64,000 bases of DNA from Eisenibacter elegans DSM 3317. GTDB taxonomy: Bacteria > Bacteroidota > Bacteroidia > Cytophagales > Microscillaceae. Of this stretch, positions 1 through 10,104 are shown piece after piece. Positions within the stretch are counted from its first letter, which is position 1. Each line of letters opens with the position of its first letter. The stretch covers positions 128,001 to 192,000 of the forward strand of contig NZ_AUMD01000021.1 in the NCBI RefSeq assembly GCF_000430505.1, in the 5' to 3' direction. Under the pieces are notes generated by a model. The model did not search any database. It was not told the origin of the DNA and saw only the letters and a program-made list of their open reading frames with translations. The position numbers and the translations under genes are program-made.

Positions 1-2
1 AT

Positions 3-323
3 AGTATTGCGCGAAATGTCAAAGCTGACCATTTCAAAAAACAAAAATACCTCACCGACCCCCTAGACCCAATCCAGACGGAGCGTAACCTACAGCTCTC
101 GACGGAAGACCGAAGCCTTGAACACGAGGAACAAATCCAAACTTTGTATGAGGCCATCAATAGGCTGCCTGAAGATAAGCGGGAAATACTGGTGCTAAGT
201 CAGTTGGAAGAAATGGAATACAAGGAACTGTCTGCGGTTTTTGGTATTACAGAAAACGCAGCCCGGGTAAAAGTACACCGGGCGCTCAAAAGTTTGAAGG
301 AAATTTTTCATAAAAAATACTAA
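3..323 (+). CDS. ECF-type RNA polymerase sigma-70 factor, C-terminal part (5' end outside window)
   Basis: Open frame from the window edge to a TAA at 321-323. The translation ...LPEDKREILVLSQLEEMEYKELSAVFGITENAARVKVHRALKSLKEIF is a typical sigma-70 region-4 helix-turn-helix of ECF sigma factors. A putative anti-sigma ORF follows immediately. Confidence 0.7.
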   Translation, partial: SIARNVKADHFKKQKYLTDPLDPIQTERNLQLSTEDRSLEHEEQIQTLYEAINRLPEDKREILVLSQLEEMEYKELSAVFGITENAARVKVHRALKSLKEIFHKKY

Positions 324-324
324 G

Positions 325-1596
325 ATGGAACGCAAGCCACAGATGAGTGCGGAAGAAGCGCAGTTGTACTTGGTAGATTATCTTAAAGGGCGGCTAGATA
401 CACAACAGCAGCAAGAGGTGGATTATTGGATAGCCCACGACCCCGCTTGCCAAGAAGCTTGGGAAGATACCCAGCAGCTCTGGGGAGGCTTGGATGCATT
501 GCCCCTAGAAAAACCGTCTGCTAAAAGTAAAGAACGATTTTATGCGATGTTGGAAGGTGCTATCGCCAATACACCAACGGTAGCACCTATGCAAATACAG
601 CGAAGTGGTGAGCTGAAAAACGGGCATCGACTACGCAAACTTTGGAGCCAGCAGCCCCGCTGGGTGGCTACTGCCGCCGCGATGGTATTGTTGGTGGGAA
701 TAGGGTACATGACGGTTATCTGGGGCATAGTGCCCTTGCTCGAAACGGACAACCTAGCTGTCAAGTCTGAAAAAACCACAGCTACCAAAGAGCAGACCCC
801 CGAACACCCCACCCCAACAACAGAGTCTACCCAAGAGGAAGAAACACCCGCAAACTTCGAAGAAGAAGCGCTCGCAGACACGCCAAAACAGAAAATACGT
901 ACACAATTAGACCGTATTGTGGTAGAAGGTGCAGAAGATGAGTCTGTCAAAATGCTTATGTACCAAGAGGTATTGAGAAGTGTAGAAGCACCCAAAGAAG
1001 AAAACGCGATGAAGGAGGTTTGGGCAGACAAATCGGAAGAAGAAACAATACAAAGTGCAGTCGTTACCGGAGTAGCGCCCAACCAGAGAAGTAGTACCCA
1101 AAAAAAACAGCAACTACTTGTGCGTGAAGACAAGCAAAGAAAGGAGCGCGACCGTAGCCGTGATACACAACGTGCCACTCGCAATGAAGCTGTCATATAC
1201 GAAGATGCGGAAGAGGAGATGGTCAAGACTAGGCAGGGTCTTGCGCCCAATACTGCACCTATCGCTGATAGCCCTGGGCGAGCTTATCAAGACAGTCAAT
1301 GGAAGCCCCTCATCGCAATACTCCAAACGCCACAACAGCATAGCTTAGAGCAACAGTTGGGCGCATTTGAGCAGTTGGGAGCGCAAAAGCAGCGCTCCGA
1401 AGTACAAACAGCAGTACTGGGTTGCTTGAATATCGACCGGCAGCCAGAGACGCTTCTATGGACTATCCTCGATTGGGTAGCCCAAGCACAACCACAAGGC
1501 GCTGCGCCTTACCTTAACGCATTGGCACAAAATACCCAGACTGCGGCACGTGTGCGCCAGCGGGCGCAAGAGTTGCTCCAATCCCTCCACCACTAG
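325..1596 (+). CDS. putative anti-sigma factor (single transmembrane segment, long charged C-terminal region)
   Basis: Starts 2 bp after the sigma factor stop. The N-terminus has Cys/His/Trp residues typical of anti-sigma N-domains (DPACQEAWEDTQQLW). A hydrophobic TM segment WVATAAAMVLLVGIGYMTVIWGIV is followed by an E/K/Q-rich low-complexity region. Confidence 0.5.
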   Translation: MERKPQMSAEEAQLYLVDYLKGRLDTQQQQEVDYWIAHDPACQEAWEDTQQLWGGLDALPLEKPSAKSKERFYAMLEGAIANTPTVAPMQIQRSGELKNGHRLRKLWSQQPRWVATAAAMVLLVGIGYMTVIWGIVPLLETDNLAVKSEKTTATKEQTPEHPTPTTESTQEEETPANFEEEALADTPKQKIRTQLDRIVVEGAEDESVKMLMYQEVLRSVEAPKEENAMKEVWADKSEEETIQSAVVTGVAPNQRSSTQKKQQLLVREDKQRKERDRSRDTQRATRNEAVIYEDAEEEMVKTRQGLAPNTAPIADSPGRAYQDSQWKPLIAILQTPQQHSLEQQLGAFEQLGAQKQRSEVQTAVLGCLNIDRQPETLLWTILDWVAQAQPQGAAPYLNALAQNTQTAARVRQRAQELLQSLHH

Positions 1597-2549
1597 AGTA
1601 TGGCCAGCGACGAAGGCTCAAGGCCTTGTACGGGATAAGCCAGACAGGCTTGGTACAATTGTTCCAAATCGGGCACAGCCACAGGCAGCCCCAAGGCCTG
1701 TGCCACGGCCGTAAAAAAACGACTGCGCCCGTCGGCTTGTCCCCTAAGCGACTGAATGGCCTTGGCTCCTGCTGATTTGGATAGCTTCTGCCCATGTAGG
1801 GTTACGAGTGGGTGGTGCAAAAACATACACTTCTGAAAATCAACTAACTCCGGCAAGAGCCCTGCCAGATAGACTTGTAGGGCGGTAGAATCGCGCAAAT
1901 CCTCTCCACGAACAACCCAATCGATGCCCTGTGTTACATCTTCCCAGACAGATACCAACTGATATGCGGGCAGCCTATTTTTACCCCTCAACACAGGGTA
2001 GGGCGCTTGTGTGCCAATGGAAACCTCGACTTGTTGGAGGATTGGATGACATTCGGCGTAGCTGACAATAGCATCCGACATGGTGTTCAAACGCCAAGCT
2101 GCTTCAGCAGTATGAAGCGGCAAGCACCTCTCCACACAAGTACCTGTATACAAGCCTCTTGGGTGCAGCTCTTGGAGCTGTTTTCGGCTACAAGTGCAGG
2201 CAAATAACAGTTGTTTTTCGGCAAGGGATTCGAGTGTATTGTAGTACTGGGCGAGGCGCAGCTGCTGTGAATGGTTGGTATAAAAATCAACAACGGAGCT
2301 AGGGCCGCTGTCCCACTCAATACCAAGCCAATCGAGGGTTTGGAAAATATCTTCTACAAACGCTTGCCGCGTGCGCGCTGCGTCAATATCATCAATGCGC
2401 AGATGTAATCGCCCATTGGGCGCATGCCGCACGCACAACCAAGCCAACACAAAGCCAAAGGCATTGCCCACATGTAGCCAGCCCGAAGGTGTAGGCGCTA
2501 TGCGTGTGTGTAATGCAGGGGTTTGGGTAGCGAGAGAAAAAAGGGACAC
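1593..2549 (-). CDS. gluQ: glutamyl-Q tRNA(Asp) synthetase (GluQRS, truncated GluRS paralog)
   Basis: 318 aa. N-terminal RIAPTPSGWLHVGNAFGFVLAWL...LRIDDID...WLGIEWD matches the class-I HIGH-region pattern of the YadB/GluQ-RS family. The length fits GluQRS rather than full GluRS. Confidence 0.75.
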   Translation of the reverse strand: MSLFSLATQTPALHTRIAPTPSGWLHVGNAFGFVLAWLCVRHAPNGRLHLRIDDIDAARTRQAFVEDIFQTLDWLGIEWDSGPSSVVDFYTNHSQQLRLAQYYNTLESLAEKQLLFACTCSRKQLQELHPRGLYTGTCVERCLPLHTAEAAWRLNTMSDAIVSYAECHPILQQVEVSIGTQAPYPVLRGKNRLPAYQLVSVWEDVTQGIDWVVRGEDLRDSTALQVYLAGLLPELVDFQKCMFLHHPLVTLHGQKLSKSAGAKAIQSLRGQADGRSRFFTAVAQALGLPVAVPDLEQLYQACLAYPVQGLEPSSLAIL

Positions 2550-2585
2550 ACTCCAACAATTAAACCATGGATGATAAACTGAGAT

Positions 2586-3578
2586 TTAAGCTGTTTTTTC
2601 TAATGAAAGCCGCCTAAGAACTCTTTCCAAAACCTCAGCCACCTGTATACCCGCTAAGGTTGAATGGTTTTGAGCTGCAATACTGAGAATATCTACTTCG
2701 AGACCGAGCGGCTGCCAACGCCCGGGGTGTGTAGGGCGCTCTTGTGGATATAGGCCAATCACGGCGGTACCCAGTGCAGCGGCAATATGTAATGGCCCAG
2801 TACTACAAGCTAACATCAAGTCAGCATCGGCCAATAAACGCATCAGCTCTTGCAGAGAGAGTTGCCCTGTAAGATCTTTTACATTAGGCAAAGCGAATAG
2901 TTCAGGGCATCGTTGGCGGATATGCGCCCCTTCAGCAGCCACCCCAGTAATGCAAATCTGCACTGGTACTCCTTGTAGCTGTTGGGCAAGCGCGAAGTAG
3001 CATTCCAAAGGCCACTCTTTGGCACTTCCTTTTGATTTGGGATGCATGACCAAACAGAGCCATCCCACAGGTCGGTCGATGATGTCATCAAGCCCCTCTG
3101 GGGGCTTTAGGCCTATCCAAGCTGTTAGTTGTTCGAGAGTAGGAGTTTGCTCAATGCCGAGAGGTGCTAGGAGCTTGCAGTTTAGTTGTGCTTCGTGCAA
3201 ATCAGAATGTTTGCGGCTGAAGCTGGGTCTTTTATTGGCATACAACCAGTGCCACCAACGATGACTTGTGCCAATACGCATAGGGATTTTGGCCTTGGCT
3301 GCTGCCCTAGCAATCGATTTATCAGGAAGCGCAAATACAATCACATCAGCTTGTATTTGTTGCCAAAGTATTGGTTGTTGGAGTATTTCGGCTTTATCCC
3401 AGAAAAAATCAACGTATGCACACTGTGAGATTAGCTCTTTTGTGTAATGTTGGCCAATAAAGTGAATATTACAATTAGGGTAGTATTGCTTAATCAAGCC
3501 ACAAAGAGGCAAGGTCAGTACTACATCTCCCAAACTGTCAGTACGGCTGATGACAATATTGTGATAAGAAACAGACAT
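2586..3578 (-). CDS. glycosyltransferase family 9 (LPS heptosyltransferase-like)
   Basis: 330 aa. N-terminal SLGDVVLTLPLCGLIKQYYPNCNIHFIG and a C-terminal LACSTGPLHIAAALGTAVIGLY motif are characteristic of GT9 heptosyltransferases. Overlaps the next GT9 gene by 1 nt (operon). Confidence 0.8.
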   Translation of the reverse strand: MSVSYHNIVISRTDSLGDVVLTLPLCGLIKQYYPNCNIHFIGQHYTKELISQCAYVDFFWDKAEILQQPILWQQIQADVIVFALPDKSIARAAAKAKIPMRIGTSHRWWHWLYANKRPSFSRKHSDLHEAQLNCKLLAPLGIEQTPTLEQLTAWIGLKPPEGLDDIIDRPVGWLCLVMHPKSKGSAKEWPLECYFALAQQLQGVPVQICITGVAAEGAHIRQRCPELFALPNVKDLTGQLSLQELMRLLADADLMLACSTGPLHIAAALGTAVIGLYPQERPTHPGRWQPLGLEVDILSIAAQNHSTLAGIQVAEVLERVLRRLSLEKTA

Positions 3579-4582
3579 TATGCGTCATTAGGAGTTTTTT
3601 GAGGATGGTATTCGGGTACTTTAAAGTCAAATACTAAATCTTGCATACACTTAAAATGTCCTTTTGGGCATTTATCTAAACCCGATTTGGAGCAAGGCCT
3701 ACAGGCAAGGTGAGTATTTTCGACGATTTGGTAGGCTTCTTTGTAAGGGTGAAACCCCAGAGTAGAAGTACCCCCATAGATGGCATAAAGTGGCACATCA
3801 AAGGCCGCCATAATGTGTGTCAATCCGGTATCGTGTCCAATAACTGCCTGTGATTTTTGGGCTATCGAGACGGCTTGGTTGAGCGACCAGAGCCCACAGG
3901 CATTAAAAACACGAACACGACCGAAAGGGTGTTTGGCAAAGTACTCCGTTACGATAGTTGCCGTAGCCCTATCCTCCTTACCGCCCAACAACACTACTGG
4001 GCGATTAAGATATTGGCACAATTCTATGAGTTTGGCCGGAGGTAGTTTTTTGGTAAAAGTACTGGCTCCGGTTACAATAGCCACAAAACCAGCGTGAAAA
4101 TCACTTGGGAGTGCTGCCTTGGTATCTAGGTATTCTTCTGTAGCCAAAAAATAATCAAGGCCTTTGCCGTCGGGGCGAATGCCTAGGGGCTTAGCAGCTG
4201 CCAAGTATCTATCGGCTATGTGGACGTTAGGAAGCCTTTTCAGTTTCCAATAAACCAACAGCCACCTACGCCAATTCATTTTATGGTAAGTATAGCTCTT
4301 CACCCCTAGGCGCAGCTTTATCCAAGCTGTGCGAAGGTTTTTGTGTAGGTCAAGTACAAAGTCAAATTTTTCGGCTTTCAGTTGGTCTATTAAGGTGTTG
4401 AGGTCTTGATCTAGGTAGTGTACTTTATCGATATAGGGATTTTGAGCCACCATCATGCGGTATTGCGCCTTGGTAGCAAAGTGAATGGTGGCACTGGGTA
4501 GTTGCGTTTTGAGGCATCGCAGCGTGGGGCTAGTCCAAACAATATCGCCAATGGCAGAAAAGCGAATCACCAATATCTTCAT
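3578..4582 (-). CDS. glycosyltransferase family 9 (LPS heptosyltransferase-like)
   Basis: 334 aa. MKILVIRFSAIGDIVWTSPTLRCLK... and GHDTGLTHIMAAFDVPLYAIYG are GT9 signatures. Confidence 0.8.
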   Translation of the reverse strand: MKILVIRFSAIGDIVWTSPTLRCLKTQLPSATIHFATKAQYRMMVAQNPYIDKVHYLDQDLNTLIDQLKAEKFDFVLDLHKNLRTAWIKLRLGVKSYTYHKMNWRRWLLVYWKLKRLPNVHIADRYLAAAKPLGIRPDGKGLDYFLATEEYLDTKAALPSDFHAGFVAIVTGASTFTKKLPPAKLIELCQYLNRPVVLLGGKEDRATATIVTEYFAKHPFGRVRVFNACGLWSLNQAVSIAQKSQAVIGHDTGLTHIMAAFDVPLYAIYGGTSTLGFHPYKEAYQIVENTHLACRPCSKSGLDKCPKGHFKCMQDLVFDFKVPEYHPQKTPNDA

Positions 4583-4586
4583 TTCT

Positions 4587-5459
4587 TTATACTTTTGAGG
4601 ACTCTGTTGAATTGGCAGCGGCCTGTTCGCGCAGCGCCTTCAGTTTGACATATTTGAGGAAAGTAGCGTAGGCTTCCATCATACTCACCAAAAAACCATA
4701 GTAGCCATCCCAAAAACCTCGTTTCACCAAAAAACTTTTCCAAAAAGCCAACAGCGGGCTGAACAATATAAAAAAAAGCACATATTTTTTCTTGCCTCGT
4801 TGATGATAATCTTGGGCCGATAGGTCTGTAAACTTATTGATTTGGGAAAGGTGCTCTGTAATGGTTGCATAATTATAATGCAACAAGTGTTGTTTGAGCA
4901 GCAGGGATTTGGCTGGCGATGCCATCACGACAGCCTCGTGGACAAGGCCTTGCCAAGCACCTTTTTGTTTGTGCCAAAGACGTAGTTTGATTTCAGGATA
5001 CCAGTTGCCATAGCGAATCCAGTGGCCGCAGTAGTTATTTAGGCGGCGCATTCGATAAGCATCATAGTTGGCAAGCTGGGGCTTCAGGGCTAATATTTCG
5101 GCTTGTAAGGCTTCTGAGAGGCGCTCGTCAGCATCAAGTGACAGTACATAGTCGTGGGTTGCCAGTTGGTTGGCGTAGTTTTTACTAGCACTATAGCCCT
5201 CCCAAGCACGCTGAACCACAGTAGCGCCCATGGCCTTGGCCAGCGCAGGGGTATTATCAGTTGAGAAAGAATCAAGCACCAATATCTCGTCGGCTACCGG
5301 CAGCAGCGAAGCAATACAAGCTTCGATATGGCGAGCTTCATTGAAAGTAATGATAACAGCACTGATTTGGGACATAGCATACAATCCTAATACTGCAAAA
5401 GTAATTAATTTGCCCGATACCATCACGCTATCCCGCAAATCTGTTGGCGAATTTGCCAA
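4587..5459 (-). CDS. glycosyltransferase family 2
   Basis: ISAVIITFNEARHIEACIASL...ILVLDSFSTDNT is the GT2 DxD-type N-terminus, with C-terminal TM helices. The more likely start is the internal ATG at 5375 (MSQISAVIITFNE). Confidence 0.75.
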   Translation of the reverse strand: MANSPTDLRDSVMVSGKLITFAVLGLYAMSQISAVIITFNEARHIEACIASLLPVADEILVLDSFSTDNTPALAKAMGATVVQRAWEGYSASKNYANQLATHDYVLSLDADERLSEALQAEILALKPQLANYDAYRMRRLNNYCGHWIRYGNWYPEIKLRLWHKQKGAWQGLVHEAVVMASPAKSLLLKQHLLHYNYATITEHLSQINKFTDLSAQDYHQRGKKKYVLFFILFSPLLAFWKSFLVKRGFWDGYYGFLVSMMEAYATFLKYVKLKALREQAAANSTESSKV

Positions 5460-5529
5460 ACAATCCGTACTTTTGTTTAAACCTTCCCCCCGCTACTCTT
5501 TAAGTTTTTGTACCTACGCGACGCAATCC

Positions 5530-6132
5530 ATGGAAAAAAGCCCTCAAAAATACAGCGAACAAGAAAAGCATCTGATTTTCAATCAAGAATTCATCCCCTT
5601 GATTGATTCGGCATATAACTTTGCCTTCCGTCTGACACTCGACGAAGACGATGCCAAAGACCTTGTGCAAGATACATACCTCAAGGTTTTCCGCTTTATC
5701 GAATCCTTCCAGAAAGGAACTAATGCCAAAGCGTGGCTGTTTAGGATTTTGAAAAACAACTTCATCAATGATTTTCGCAAGAAAGTCAAAGAGCCAAATA
5801 AAACGGACTATCAAGAGGTTGAGAATTTCTATAATTCTGAAAACGCTGATACAGACCTCAACCTTACCACCGACTTGCGGGTAGAGATTATCCAAGGGAT
5901 GATAGGGGACGAGCTCGTAACAGCGCTCAACTCCTTAGCAGTAGATTTCAGAACAGTGATTATTTTATCAGATATTGAAGGGTTTACATACGAAGAGATG
6001 TCCAAAATCCTCAATATCCCCATCGGTACGGTGCGCTCTAGGCTACACCGCGCCCGCAATATTCTTAAAGAAAAACTAAGAACCTACGCCCAACAAATGG
6101 GGTATAAGACAGACAAACCTGAGCACAACTGA
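5530..6132 (+). CDS. ECF-type RNA polymerase sigma-70 factor
   Basis: Start set at the internal ATG 5530, in frame with the track ORF 5230..6132; the upstream extension overlaps the GT2 gene. The region-2 motif DAKDLVQDTYLKVFRFIESF...AWLFRILKNNFINDFRKK and a region-4 HTH (YEEMSKILNIPIGTVRSRLHRARNILKEKL) are present. Confidence 0.85.
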   Translation: MEKSPQKYSEQEKHLIFNQEFIPLIDSAYNFAFRLTLDEDDAKDLVQDTYLKVFRFIESFQKGTNAKAWLFRILKNNFINDFRKKVKEPNKTDYQEVENFYNSENADTDLNLTTDLRVEIIQGMIGDELVTALNSLAVDFRTVIILSDIEGFTYEEMSKILNIPIGTVRSRLHRARNILKEKLRTYAQQMGYKTDKPEHN

Positions 6133-6248
6133 GCAGCTTAGGCCCTACGGGGTGTTTTATACGGGGTTTATTCCGACAAATCATTACCAAACTATACACT
6201 CAATCCAGATGATGACTTGCTTGCGCCATACCAAACGTCTTTGATATT

Positions 6249-6512
6249 ATGAATTCAAAACAACATTCCTGTACCTGCCAAACCTGTTGTAGCGACTTGC
6301 TACCGTTGGTCATTGACCAAGAAGCCTCTGCCGAAGTAATGGAAATGTTCTTTGAGCACGTCGTCAACTGTGAGCATTGCCAGCGCTGCTACGAGGTAGA
6401 AAAGTGCTTGAAAGACAAAATTAAGAATGCCTGCCAAGGCAAATGTGTCCCTGAGGAATTGGTCAATACGATTCAATCTCAAATCAACTTAATGCTTACC
6501 AACACGAAATAG
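6249..6512 (+). CDS. zinc-finger (HC2-type) putative anti-sigma factor
   Basis: 87 aa, Cys/His-rich (CTCQTCC...HVVNCEHCQRCYEVEKC). Lies immediately downstream of the ECF sigma gene. Confidence 0.6.
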   Translation: MNSKQHSCTCQTCCSDLLPLVIDQEASAEVMEMFFEHVVNCEHCQRCYEVEKCLKDKIKNACQGKCVPEELVNTIQSQINLMLTNTK

Positions 6513-6519
6513 TCCTACG

Positions 6520-6557
6520 ACGGTGTAGTATTTGTGAGGATTACAATATTACACCGT
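6520..6557. promoter_or_regulatory. imperfect palindrome (ACGGTGTAGTAT ... ATATTACACCGT) directly upstream of porU; carries the ATATTACACC motif
   Basis: Seen directly: 12/14 complementary arms separated by about 14 bp, ending 22 bp before the porU ATG. The same 10-mer occurs twice upstream of the CDS at 22515. Confidence 0.35.
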
Positions 6558-6578
6558 TGTAGCTTCTAAGCTACCGCT

Positions 6579-9500
6579 ATGAGAGGAATGCTGCGCCTTG
6601 TGGCTTTGTGCGTATGGCTATTGATACAAACTGATGCTGTGCTTGCCCAAACTTTTGCCCCCAATTCTGTTTTATCTGAGGGGCAATGGCTCAAGATAGC
6701 TATTGTAGAAGAAGGGCTGTACAAAATTTCCGGTCAGTGGCTGCGCCAACAAGGTTGGACGCAAGGCATCTCCCCTTCACAACTACACCTCTATAGCGCC
6801 GGCAACGGGATGTTGCCCCAACGCAATAGTGCTCCCCGCATTGACGACCTTCAACCGGTAGCCATTTGGCTCAACAATCCACAAGCTCCTGCTTTTCAAG
6901 AGCAAGATTTTTTCTTGTTTTATGCCCAAGGCGCACACCAAGTGCGGATTGATACGGCTAATCAGCTTTTCTTGCCCGAAACCAACCTCTATGCGGATAC
7001 CAATTATTATTTCCTAACACTTCACGATCATTCGTCCTTGCAGGCGCGGCTTCAACCCCAAGCAGATTTGGGGGCTGCCAGCGTGGTATTTGAGCACTTT
7101 GATGACTACTGGCATCACGAGCAGGAGCGGGTATCTTTGCTGCTTTCAGGCAGGCAGTGGTATGGCGAGACTTTCAACGACAATACCTTACACACCTTCA
7201 ACATCAATACAGAAGGCTTATTGCCCAATAGCCCGCTTAAGCTCCGTATACAGGCAGTAGGCGGCGGTACCCAAAGCGCTACCTTGAGCATCCGCGCCAA
7301 CAATACCGACATTGGGCAGCTGGGGTTTCCGATCTTGCCCCAACAACGTTATGACCCCAAGGTACAGGAGGTATTACGAACTTTTGACTTTGCAGCCAAT
7401 ACCGTAGGCAATCCCGGCGCTATCCGGCTAGATGTGCGCTATAACCGCCAAGGTAACAATAATTTAGCCTATCTTGATTATCTGACACTACAAATACAGC
7501 GGCGCTTGGCTTATTATAATAGCCCAACGGTATTTCGTACTTTTGAGTCGTTGCAATACCCTACCGCAGCCTATCGTATTGCACAGACACAGGCCGGGGC
7601 AGTGGTCTGGGATATCAGCAACCCCTTGCAGCCCAAACTACAAAACAAGCGGTTTGAGAATGGGCAGACAGTTTTTGCCGTGGCTACCGCAGGGTTGTTG
7701 CGTTCCTTTTTGGTCTTTCAGGGAGAGAACTTCCCCCCCCCTATAGCAGCGCAACGCATCAATAACCAAAACTTGCACGCATCTCCTACCCCCAACTTGC
7801 TCATTATCACACACCCTAGCTTGCAGGCAGAAGCCGAACAACTGGCGGCTTTCCGACGCAATCACGACGGGCTTAATGTGCTGGTGGTCAATACGGTGCA
7901 AGTGTATCACGAATTTTCGGGCGGCAGACCTGACCTCACAGCGCTGCGTGACTTTATTCGAATGTTGTATACACGACAGCCCGAGCAACTACGCTATGTG
8001 CTGCTCTTTGGCGCAGCCTCTGTAGACTACAAAAACCGACTACCTAACAACAGCAATCTGGTGCCGATTTATGAGTCGAGGGAGTCGATACACCCTATTT
8101 TCAGCTATGCTTCGGATGACTATTTTGGCTTTCTGGAGCCGGAAGAGGGGGAATGGGTAGAAAATTTCGGAGGAGACCATACCCTAGAGGTGGGCATTGG
8201 CCGCCTACCTGCCCGCACGCCCACACAGGCCGCAGGGATGGTTCAAAAGCTGATTCGTTACAGCCAGAGTAATGCCCAACAATGGGGGAATTGGCGCAGC
8301 CTGCTGACTTTTGTGGCCGATGATGGCGATTTTAATATCCATCAACTAGATGCAGAACAACTCAGCCAACAAGTGCTCAACAATGCTCCGGCATACAAAC
8401 CATTGAAAAAATTTCTGGATGCGTTTCCCCGTGAGTTGGGTGGCGCAGGCGCAACCAGCCCTAAGCTGACAGAAAGCTTGTTGGAGCGTATCGACAAAGG
8501 CAGCCTTATTGTCAACTATACCGGCCACGGTGCCGAGACTGGATGGGCAGAGGAAGACATTATGAATGCCGGACACTGGCAAAATCTACGCAACACACGC
8601 CTGCCCTTGGTCGTAACGGCAACCTGTGAGTTTGGGCGCTACGATAACCCTACCCTTACCTCTGGCGCACAACTGGCCATACTCAACCCGTTGGGAGGTG
8701 CCATTGGGCTAATTACGACGACAAGACCAGTGTTTTCGAGCACTAATTTTGCCCTTAATCAAGCTTTTTACCAAGTTATTTTCCAAGCCAATGCTGCCGG
8801 TCAACCGCCCAGATTGGGAGAAGTAATGCGCCTGACCAAGAACGCCGCACTCAGAGGGGCGGTCAATCGGAACTTCTCGCTACTCGGAGACCCTTCTATG
8901 CGCCTCAACTATCCCAAACACCAAACAACATTGACCCAGATTTCGGCAGATACCCTACGGGCTTTGCAAGAAATTAGGCTGCAAGGGGAAGTACGCGACA
9001 CTCAAGGGCAACGACTCAGTACTTTCAACGGGCTTGCCCTAGTTACCCTACACGACAAACCGCTCACCCGCCGCACCCTAGGAGTGGGCGCTCCTGCGAT
9101 GAATTTTCAGGAGGTAGACAACCCTTTGTTTCGAGGACAAGTACGGGTGGTGAATGGACAGTATGAGGCAGCTTTCATTATCCCCCAAAATATCAATTAT
9201 CAATTGGGCGAGGGCAACTTGAGGGTATATGCTTATGACAGCCTTGCCGCTACCGATGCTCACGGAATCAACACCTTGGTGGTAGGAGGTAGCGCTCCCT
9301 TAGGAACCCCCGACCGTACACCGCCCACAATTCGGATGTGGATCAATGATGAAAGCTTTGTGTCTGGGCAGGCTATCGAGGGTGACCGCCCTGTGTTGGG
9401 CGCAGCCCTGAGCGACGAGAGCGGCATCAATATCTCTACTGCGGGGCTTAATAATGCCATCCGGGCACGCCTTCGCTATCCCGATGGGCGGGTTCGCGAA

Positions 9501-9983
9501 TGGATACTGAACGAGGAATATGTGGCCGATTTGGACACCTACCAATCGGGGCGACTCCGCTTTGCACTCCCCCGACTCGAAGCCGGTACCTATCAGCTCA
9601 GCCTTGAGGCTTGGGATGTGTGGAACAATAGCACGGAGGAGCAGCTGAGCTTTGTGGTCAATCCAATCTTGCGGATAGGCATCTCCTTGGCCGATATTTA
9701 TCCCAACCCAATGAGCGAAAATGCCACCTTGCGCATCCGACACGACCAAGCCGGCGAAGATCTCAGCCTAACCCTACAGTTGGTAGATAACCAAGGGCGC
9801 TTGGTACAGACTTGGGACTTGGAGCTTCTCGCTGCTCCAGAAACAATCCTGCTTCCTTGGGATGGGCGCGATAGCAAGGGAATGAAAATACACAACGGCA
9901 CATACATCTGCCGGGTATGGTTGCGTTCTAAGCTCAGACAGATTGAGGGCAGACAAAGTATCAAAATATTGGTTGCCCGATGA
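6579..9983 (+). CDS. porU: type IX secretion system sortase PorU (C25 peptidase family)
   Basis: 1134 aa with a signal peptide. The N-terminal motif SEGQWLKIAIVEEGLYKISGQWL is characteristic of PorU. The central region is gingipain-like (VLLFGAASVDYKN...DDYFGFLEPEEGEW). Size matches PorU and porV follows immediately. Confidence 0.8.
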   Translation: MRGMLRLVALCVWLLIQTDAVLAQTFAPNSVLSEGQWLKIAIVEEGLYKISGQWLRQQGWTQGISPSQLHLYSAGNGMLPQRNSAPRIDDLQPVAIWLNNPQAPAFQEQDFFLFYAQGAHQVRIDTANQLFLPETNLYADTNYYFLTLHDHSSLQARLQPQADLGAASVVFEHFDDYWHHEQERVSLLLSGRQWYGETFNDNTLHTFNINTEGLLPNSPLKLRIQAVGGGTQSATLSIRANNTDIGQLGFPILPQQRYDPKVQEVLRTFDFAANTVGNPGAIRLDVRYNRQGNNNLAYLDYLTLQIQRRLAYYNSPTVFRTFESLQYPTAAYRIAQTQAGAVVWDISNPLQPKLQNKRFENGQTVFAVATAGLLRSFLVFQGENFPPPIAAQRINNQNLHASPTPNLLIITHPSLQAEAEQLAAFRRNHDGLNVLVVNTVQVYHEFSGGRPDLTALRDFIRMLYTRQPEQLRYVLLFGAASVDYKNRLPNNSNLVPIYESRESIHPIFSYASDDYFGFLEPEEGEWVENFGGDHTLEVGIGRLPARTPTQAAGMVQKLIRYSQSNAQQWGNWRSLLTFVADDGDFNIHQLDAEQLSQQVLNNAPAYKPLKKFLDAFPRELGGAGATSPKLTESLLERIDKGSLIVNYTGHGAETGWAEEDIMNAGHWQNLRNTRLPLVVTATCEFGRYDNPTLTSGAQLAILNPLGGAIGLITTTRPVFSSTNFALNQAFYQVIFQANAAGQPPRLGEVMRLTKNAALRGAVNRNFSLLGDPSMRLNYPKHQTTLTQISADTLRALQEIRLQGEVRDTQGQRLSTFNGLALVTLHDKPLTRRTLGVGAPAMNFQEVDNPLFRGQVRVVNGQYEAAFIIPQNINYQLGEGNLRVYAYDSLAATDAHGINTLVVGGSAPLGTPDRTPPTIRMWINDESFVSGQAIEGDRPVLGAALSDESGINISTAGLNNAIRARLRYPDGRVREWILNEEYVADLDTYQSGRLRFALPRLEAGTYQLSLEAWDVWNNSTEEQLSFVVNPILRIGISLADIYPNPMSENATLRIRHDQAGEDLSLTLQLVDNQGRLVQTWDLELLAAPETILLPWDGRDSKGMKIHNGTYICRVWLRSKLRQIEGRQSIKILVAR

Positions 9984-10104
9984 CCTCGTCAAACGAACGC
10001 AAGGACTGGTAAAAACACCTCACTGAAATTAGTAAACAAGCGTACTATTTTGTGATAATTCTGTCTATCTTTGCGCGAAGCCTATTTGATAATATCCACT
10101 TGCA

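Noticed and set aside
540-1250. 236-aa ORF on the minus strand inside the putative anti-sigma gene
   Set aside because: Antisense to a better-supported gene. Ser/Cys/Leu-rich low-complexity translation typical of spurious reverse-strand frames.
5230-5529. 5' extension of the ECF sigma ORF (track start 5230)
   Set aside because: The extension overlaps the GT2 gene on the opposite strand and lacks sigma-factor homology. The conserved region-2 sequence begins right after ATG 5530.
10049-10073. Bacteroidetes-type sigma-A promoter (TTTG ... TATCTTTG) upstream of porV
   Set aside because: The -7-like TAnnTTTG is present but the spacing to the upstream TTTG (13 nt) is shorter than typical. Too weak to report as a feature.
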